A DNA stretch of 58,972 nucleotides from Craspedostauros australis (lineage: Eukaryota). A model generated the notes under the pieces. That model was not told where the DNA came from and ran no database searches. It saw nothing but the letters and a program-made list of their open reading frames with translations. The translations under genes were made by a program, and so were the position numbers. Shown here one piece after another: positions 9,358 to 18,300 of the stretch. How positions within the stretch are numbered: position 1 is the stretch's first letter; every line of letters begins with the position of its first letter. Location: positions 1 to 58,972 of the forward strand of contig JALAGF010002723.1 of the NCBI GenBank assembly GCA_030167865.1. Reading direction: 5' to 3'.

Positions 9358-12300
9358 ATGGCATTCTGCTCCCAGAACAGAGGGATGAAGGCCGTATCCA
9401 AGCTGACGCAGGCGGGATCTTTGAGTCCTCACAACCGTCAGTACCACGAAGGCATGGAGGACATGGAAGGCATGGAGGGCATGGAGGGCGAGGAGAGCAG
9501 CAGCGGCAGCGATGGCGACAGCTACACGGGGTCATCCGACACGGGAACGTCCGACAGCTCCAGCGGGTACTCCAACACCGTCAGCTCCCTTGAGGAGCAC
9601 ATGTCGCCGCAGAAGCGAAGGGACATGATGGAGCAGGCGCTCAACGCGTACGACAAGGCGAATACCAAAGCCAAGCGCGCCAAGAACGCGAGATCGGCAT
9701 CGACGATGACCTCCAGGATTCCGACCGGCGAAGCCAGTCATGGGACTTCGCATGCGCACACCTTCGCGCATGATCAACCGCAGTACAAGAGCAAGATTCC
9801 GCAACCTGCGCATGCAACATCCTCGAGAGCCATCAGCAGCAGCAGCCCTGTCAAGACCAAGCCACGCGCCATTCCGCAGCAGCAACACAGCGTCCCGTGG
9901 GATGTGCAAGGCAAGTCCCTTGCGGAGGTCGTCCTCGAACGCATGGAAGAGAGCACTCCGCAGCCTTCGGAAGACGAGGGCGAACTTCAATCGCAGCAGC
10001 AGCAACTTCAAGCCCAACCACCGAACCCAACACGAAGCGCGCCGCAGCAGAAGAGTCGCGGGGAACAAGGGAATGGCGGTGGCGTGAGACTGACATCATC
10101 TCGTGACGCCGAGCAGCTCTCCGCGGATGCCAGAAAACCACCGTCCAATCAACAACCGCAGTCATCCGCCAAGGCACCGCACAAGGGCATCCTCACATCC
10201 CGCACCGCAGACATGCCATCTGTCCGGTCATCTCCGGCGGAAACGGCGGCATCTTTGTCCATCTCGCAGAGATCATCAGGCGATCCTTCCTCTGCCGCCG
10301 CCGCCGCCGCCGCTGGTAGCAAGGGGATGACGACCAATCGCAGCAAGGTCAAGGCCATCAAGGCCGCAGAGAAGGATCTGGGGATGGACGTCCAGTACTT
10401 GGCAGACGCTCTGGGAGTGCCGGCCTCATTCTTCGGTGTCGGGGTTTCCAAGCACGGTCGCGGCGCCAACATCTCGTCCAGCGCACCTGCATCCGTGGCA
10501 GGTTCCGTCAGCGCATCACCACCGTCTCAGCGTCCTCCATCCTCGGCTGCGCCAAACGCAACGCCATCCACGCCTGCCGCAGCGGCTGCTCCACAGCCAT
10601 CATCACCGGCGCAAGCCGGGGCCCAACAGAACCACGAACCCGTCAAGACGCTCACGTTGGCCGAAGCGCTCGGCGTGCCGCTCGAGAAGCCCTCTGCAAG
10701 CGAAGGCAGGGCAACGGTCGCCACGCCCGGCCGGACGCCTCCGAAGCAGACGCTTGCCAGGCGAGGCTCCATGGCAGCGGCCCTCGGTGTCACGGACCAA
10801 ATCAACCGCATCCGTGCTCAGAACAAGAAGAAGCAGATGCCACCTCCCAGCGCCGTCGCCAGCAGCTCCAGCTCCAGCGGCACCGATTCCGACAGCGATT
10901 CGGAGAGCGAGTCCACCGAATATGCCGAACTCAACACCAATCTGCAAGCCCAGCAGTACCAGCGCCGCAACAGATCCCTCTCCACTTCATCGCACACAGA
11001 GAGATCGGCCGACGGCTCCTACCAGTCGCGTTCCAGCGCCGCAACAGCACGCAGGGCGCAACCCAGATCGGCAGAAAGGCCCGCCATATCTGCAAGCAAC
11101 AGCAGCAAGACCAACACCAAAGCCTCCCGGCCTCAAGGTGGTGGAGCTGCTGCTGCTGCTGCTGCCTCCCGCCCAAAGCAAGGCAAGGAGAACGACATGG
11201 ACATCGACTACCTCGCGGCTGCCCTTGGTGTCCCGACATCGTTCTTCGATCTCAGTGGCAAAGCAACCTCAAAGGGAGGCCGCGGCAGACCAGGCCAGCA
11301 GCAGCAGCAACAGCAACCACCAAGACAAGAGCCATCCAGAAGGCCAGCTCCTGCCGCACAAACTGCAGGACCTCGAGGACAAGGCGCAACGACTGCCAGC
11401 CCGGGTGCCATGCCCAACAACCAAGCCGCAAGACGACCAGTCCCGCCCACGGCTGGTCGTGGAATCGCCACAGCGTCCCAGGCGCCCGTCAAGACCCTCA
11501 GTCTCGCGGAGGCCTTGGGCATTCCACTCGAGAAACCCACAACGGAACAGCAGCAGCCCGTCAGCAGGAATCCACAACGAAGAGTCCCTGCTGCCAGACA
11601 GACTGCGCAACAGCAACAGCCGCAAACTGCTGCTCCCAAGAAATCGTTATTCCAGCAAGTCATCAAGCATGCTGCAGAGTCGGAGGATGATGAATCCGTC
11701 TCCGACTCCGAATCCAGTGCCGACATGGGTGACGCATCCTCCTCGATGCCAGCACCGATCTTGGCACAGAACGGATCCCTCGCAGCCGCACTCGGAATGG
11801 GCATCGATCCTTCCTCCAGAGCGGCTCCCATTCGGCAAACCGCTTCGCCAATCAGGCCCCGCAAGCCCGTGGTTGCTGCAGTCAAGCGCACAAGCCATCT
11901 TTCACCCAACAAAGCTGGAGGCAAAAGCTTGTTCAGCACCATCATGCAGCGTGCCGAAAACGATGGCACCCAGTCGTCGACAAACGCAAACGCAACATCA
12001 CAAGTTGCTGCACCTCAAGTGGGATCGCTGGCGGCTGCTCTTGGCATGAGCGTCGATCCATCCGCCAAGGCAGCACCAATCCGCCAGAACGGCGCAGCGT
12101 CCAACAACAACAACAACAAGTCGTTGATGGATGTTGTGATGGGCAACATCGCAGATTCTGCATCAGATTCTGATTCAGATTCCGAGTCAGACTTTGAATC
12201 GTACGTTGATTCGATGATGAACAAGGCCACTGGCACAACAGCAACCAGCGTCAAGCCACAACTCGGTTCGTTGGCCGCTGCTTTGGGCATGTCGGTTGAT

Positions 12301-15300
12301 CCATCACCCCGAGCAGAACCCATCAAGCAGAAGTCTGGCACTTCGAAGTCCAAGACCAAGAAGAGTCTGTTCGATGGTATGCTGGCCAAGATAGGAGACG
12401 ACGGACATGGCCAGAGTGGCAACAAGACGCAGGCGTCTGCTTCTCAACCACAGTATGGATCACTGGCGGCAGCCCTGGGAATGAAGGTTGACACCTCCCC
12501 CAAGGCTTCGCCCATCAAGCAGGCGAAGCCATCTGCACAGACTCGCAAGCCGGCATCTTCCTTTGATCGCCCACAGTCTGGATCATTGGCCGCAGCGCTT
12601 GGCATGCAAGTAGATACATCCTCTCGTGCTGCTCCAATCAAGCAAGCCAAGCAACCAACATCGACAGGTCCTGGCGCGAAGAAGTCGTTGATGGAGATGG
12701 TCATGCAACGGGTCGCCGATTCTGATGACTCTGAAAGCTCCTACAGTGACGACAGCGACGACTACACAAGCGGCACAACAAGCCGTAGTGTGGCTGGTGT
12801 CAGTGCTCAACACGGATCACTTGCTGCGGCGCTTGGCATGAGCATCGATCCCTCGTCTACTGCGGCGCCCATTCGCACGGCCGACAATAAGTCAGCCGGC
12901 CCCTCGTCCTCCACCAAGGCTCAATACGACACCAAGACGCTCGTCTCGAGCGTACTGCAGCGCATCTCCGAATCACATGAGGAAGACGAAGACACAGGAT
13001 CCGACTCCGAATCCAGTGCCGACATGGGTGACGCATCCTCCTCGATGCCAGCACCGATCTTGGCACAGAACGGATCCCTCGCCGCTGCACTCGGAATGGG
13101 CATCGATCCTTCCTCCAGAGCAGCTCCCATTCGGCAAACCGCTTCGCCAATCAGGCCCCGCAAGCCCGTGGTCGCTGCAGTCAAGCGCACAAGCCATCTT
13201 TCACCCAACAAAGCTGGAGGCAAAAGCTTGTTCAGCACCATCATGCAACGTGCCGAAAACGATGGCACCCAGTCGTCGACAAACGCAAACGCAACATCAC
13301 AAGTTGCTGCACCTCAAGTGGGATCGCTGGCGGCTGCTCTTGGCATGAGCGTCGATCCATCCGCCAAGGCAGCACCAATCCGCCAGAACGGTGCAGCGTC
13401 CAACAACAACAACAAGTCGTTGATGGATGTTGTGATGGGCAACATCGTAGATTCTGCATCAGATTCTGAGTCTGATTCGGATTCCGAGTCAGACTTTGAA
13501 TCGTACGTCGATTCGATGATGAACAAGGCCACTGGCACAACAGCAACCAGCGTGAAGCCACAACTTGGTTCGCTGGCCGCTGCTTTGGGCATGTCGGTTG
13601 ATCCGTCACCCAGAGCAGAACCCATCAAGCAGAAATCTGACACTTCGAAGCCCAAGACCAAGAAGAGTCTGTTCGATGGTATGCTGGCCAAGATGGGAGA
13701 CGATGATGACGCTCAGAGCGGCAACAAGACACAGGCGTCTGCTTCTCAACCACAGTATGGATCACTGGCGGCAGCCCTGGGAATGAAGGTTGACACCTCC
13801 CCCAAGGCCGCACCAATCAAGCAATCCAGCGCGGTCACCAAGACAGCTCCGATGTCACCGAAAAGGTCGCTCATGGCGACAGTCATGCAACGGGTTGCCG
13901 ATTCTGATGATTCCGACGGATCTGACAGCGACTTCAGTGAACGGAATGGCGATGTTGGCACGAGCGGCGTCAACGCTCAGCACGGATCGCTTGCGGCAGC
14001 ACTAGGTATGAAAGTGGATCCATCATCCACCGCTCCAGCCGTCCGTCAAGAACCCGCTGGTCCCGATGGATTCGATAGCAACGAAAGTGAAAGCGAACAA
14101 GAGGAGAAGATGGAAGACCAGAGCCTTCTGGAGTGCATGCTCCCTCTCGGCGATGTCATGAAGATGCGTGTCACATCAGCTGCGCAGCCATCGTCTGGTG
14201 GGGCACCACCAGGCATGCGAAAATCCTCGTCCACCGCCAAGCTTGGCTCATTGGTGTCTGCGCTCGGGGCCCCGGTTGGTAGGGAACGTGTCGACATGGA
14301 CGCAGGCTCCAGCCACGACCGGGCTGGCAATCGCCGATCGAGTCCCACTGCACCATCCTCCTCATCATCGTCAGCTCCCAAACGAGACGCTTCGTCACCG
14401 AAGACTCCCGAACTTAGCCAGCGAAAGCAACATCAGCAGCAGCAGGCGCCGCCCGAAGAGCAGCGCAGGGCACAACCGCGTGGAAAAGAGTCGGCACAGA
14501 CCACAAACCGGGGTGTGCCGGCAGCGCAAGACCCAGCAGATTTGGACATCGATTATCTTGCGCAGGCTTTGGGTGTTCCCGCATCTTTCTTCGCATCGGG
14601 AAAATCCGGATCAAGCCCCAAGCCAGCGAGAGCAAAGCAACAACCCTCGAGCCAGCAAGCCGGAGGCTCGTCTAAGCAATCAACGCGAGATCTCAAGGAG
14701 CCCACCCATGATGACGACAAGCTTGCGGGTCAAAACCCAATGGCCACCGTGGACAGGAATGGAACCTTTTCATCAAGCGCAACTGCCACCACACGAGACG
14801 GAACTCTTCCACCCGAGCTGTCCGTGGTCACAAGGGCTCAAGACGGCTCACCTTCAGGCACGGGCGGGTCGCCAACAAGAACCGTCGGTTCCTACCTGAC
14901 GAATGAGACGGAGAGCAAGGTTTCTGTCATGGACAGCTTCTACGAGCACGTCGCCGAAGTGCGCAGCGAGATGACCGATCTCATCAGCGAGATATCGCAA
15001 ACGAAGCTCGACATGAGCGGCGTGAGGAAGGAAATCAACGTGCTTGAAAACCGCATCAAGACTCTCGAGACGGTGTCGACCAAGTCCGACGAAGACAACG
15101 CAGAGGATGTTGCTGCGATGCGAGAGTCGGAACAGACGCTGAAGACTGCCTTGATGGAGTCGGAGGCCAAGACAGCTGGCGTGAACAAATACAGCCAAAC
15201 ACTGGAGGAACAACTCTTCGCCAATTCCAAGAACTACTCTGACAGGCTGACGTCGTTGCACCAACAGCTGGCGACGTTCGAGCACCAGATCTCAGAGAAG

Positions 15301-18300
15301 TCCAGCAAGATCAAGAGGTTGGAATCGGACATTGACTCAGAACAACGCGTCAAGAAGGCCATTTCGGAAAAATGGATCCAGACCGAAGCCAAGCTGGAGA
15401 ACGTCTGCTCCGAACTTCAGCAATCTCGTGAACTCCTTCAGAAGGAGTACGAGGATGTCAAGAAATTGAAGCAGGGTCTGTTAGAAGACCGCGAGACTCT
15501 GAACACTCGCATGCAATCCAACGTCAAACCAGTTCCCATGGAATCCCACACGTCCGATATCCTGCGCAACATGGAATCCAACCTTCGTCGCGAAGGAGAA
15601 CGGAGGAAGAGTATCGCGGCGCGTTTGAAGGGAAGGTCTGGCGCCGGAGGCAGTGCTGCTTCGTCTCCCAGCAGCCCCGTCGCGAGAGATCTCGTTCGCC
15701 CAGCCAATGGAGTTGTCGTCGCTCCCGTCATGGTCGACGCAATGCACCACCCTACATCACCCTCCGCAACTCAATTCCGCGGCGATGTTTACTTGCCAGC
15801 ACTTGAGCGATCACGTGGGGCGCCGGTGCCGCAGCAGAAACCCAGAGGGAAGGACAGCAGCAGCAGCAGCGTTCCAGGGAAATCGCTTGGCGGCGCAGTT
15901 TTCACGAAACTGGCGACAAGCGATGCCCAATTCGCTGCGTCTTCCGCTCCGCCTGTCCAGACGAGAACTCTGGCAGAGGCACTTGGATTGCCACTCGAGA
16001 AACCGACGGCGGGCGATAACAATGATACGCCAACAACCCCGGCAATGCCCACGAAAACGGCTAGTTCGACAAAGCCATCGGTCGGAGCGAAATCGCTGTC
16101 CAATGTCGTGGTGCAGCGTCTCGCCGCGGGGCAAAGCAACGCTACAAGAGCGCAGCCACAAACCAAGACACTGGCAGAAGCGCTTGGAATGTCCCTTGAA
16201 GAGCCTCCTATTGTCGCTGAAAAGAGCGAACAGCAGGTTGAGCCCAGCTCGAAGTCACTGTCAAACGCTGTCGTCCAGCGGCTCACAAACCCAGCAGCGA
16301 TGTCCGCGTCACCTGCACCCAAGACGACCGCTCAGACCCAAACGCTGGCCGAAGCACTTGGTCTGACAGTCCAGGAGCCTGCTACTGCAAGCAGAGATGT
16401 GCCCAACCAAACCGCGACTCCTGCCGAATCAGCGAGATCCCTATCCACAACCGTAGTCCAGCGATTGTCCCATGGACGCAACGAAATTCCACGAGCGGCG
16501 GCACAAACGAAGACGCTTGCGGAAGCTCTTGGATTGCCGCTGGAAAAGGCAGACGACGCACCAGAGGCTCCTGCAAGCCAAGGCGGATCCGCCTCTAGAT
16601 CTCTCTCGAATGCCGTCGTCCAGAATCTTGTCACAAGTGATGGCGGCGGCATGAAGGTGGCCGCCACGGCTGCAACCGGTGGGCAGACAACCAAGACTTT
16701 AGCGGAAGCCCTTGGGCTGCCGCTCGAGAAACCTGAAGTGCGCAGCACCAATGCCGGCAGCGAAGCAGCACCAGCAAGCGCAACAATGGCAGCACCAGCT
16801 GGAAGGCCCAAATCACTTTCCACAGCTGTTGTGCAACGAATGTCCACAGCGGAAGGCGATCAGACTGCGCTGTCTGTGCCCAAGACGAGAACACTGGCCG
16901 AGGCTCTTGGACTGCCACTTGAAAACCCAGATGCTCTCGAGCAAAACACAACGAAACAAATGGCAACAACCAACCCCAAGTCATTGTCAGATGCCGTCGT
17001 GAAAAGACTCAACAGTCGCACACCCACCGTATCGGCGGCCACCATGCCATCAAATTCAGGCGAACGAAACGCAACGCCCACCAAGACGCTAACACTGGCC
17101 GAAGCTCTTGGATTACCCCTCGAAAGGCCAGTCCAAGATCAAGACCGCGAAGTTATGCCCGCACCCAAACCCGACAAGTCACTGTCAAATGCTGTCACAC
17201 AGAGGCTCGCCAACGGCACCGCTGCAACCCCAGCGGCACCAGCGGGCAAGACATTGACCTTGGCTGAAGCGCTGGGTTTGCCGCTAGAAAAGCCACAAGT
17301 CAGCAGTGTCGGCAGTGGTAGTGGACCAACCACGATGCCCGCACAACGCACAGCCAACACTCCAACATCCATGCCGCTTTCGGCTATCGTGATCGACAAC
17401 ATGGCTAGCGGGCAGGGGCGCAGCATTCAGGCCGCACCGCAGACAAGGACCCTTGCGGAGGCTCTCGGCATGCCACTCGAGAAACCAAGCGGTGTTGCTG
17501 CTGCAACTGCGGCTGCAACCAGAGCAACCCCTCCTCGCAGTATCACTCGCAAGGGGCAGATGAGTCCCAAGTCATTGTCAACTGCGGTTGTGCAGAGACT
17601 GGCGGGCGGCGCAGCGGCGGCGGCACCAACTAACCAACCACGGACGTTGGCCGAAGCGCTTGGACTGCCGATGGCAAGTTCGCCTGCGGTCCATGGGAGC
17701 GAAAAAGACCAAGTCAATCTGGCCCCATCGTCTTCGAAATCGTTGTCGAATGCGGTGGTGCAGAAACTGGCCGAAGGGGAGAGTGCAGGCAGAGCCACTC
17801 CACAAACCAGGACACTTGCCGAGGCTCTGGGTTTGCCCCTCGAAAAGACCGGTCCTCCCCCGAAGACAACCGCACCCATGGACGGCAACTCCAGATCGTT
17901 GTCGAGTGCCGTTGCACAAAGATTGGCAGACGGCACACCGGCAGCTACAACTGCTGCAACCTCAGGACTGCCCTCCAACAAGACGCTGACGTTGGCCGAA
18001 GCACTCGGGTTGCCACTCGAGAAGCCTTTTGTCGCCGCGAACGATGGACGTGAAAGGTCTATGCCAGTTGCGAAACCTACAAGCCATGACACGGCTGGTC
18101 CAGCATCGTTGTCCAACGTCGTCATGCGGCGGTTGGCTGATGGGCAACTGAGTCCCAGAAAGACATCCACTCAGACAAGGACACTGGCAGAGGCTCTCGG
18201 CTTGCCACTGGAGAAACCAGATGGCACAACTGCAAGTGGCAAGACAGAGAAGCCAAGTGCAGCGAAGTCACTGTCGAATGCTGTTGTGCAAAGGCTGGCC

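Noticed and set aside
8162-9388. 408-aa ORF immediately upstream of the giant gene
   Set aside because: Non-ATG start, no recognisable motifs, and composition typical of promoter/UTR sequence (CA-rich, Cys/His/Arg-scattered translation).
11701-13808. Direct repeat considered as the LTRs of a retroelement
   Set aside because: It lies in frame within a coding repeat array, has no TG...CA termini and encloses no gag/pol sequence.
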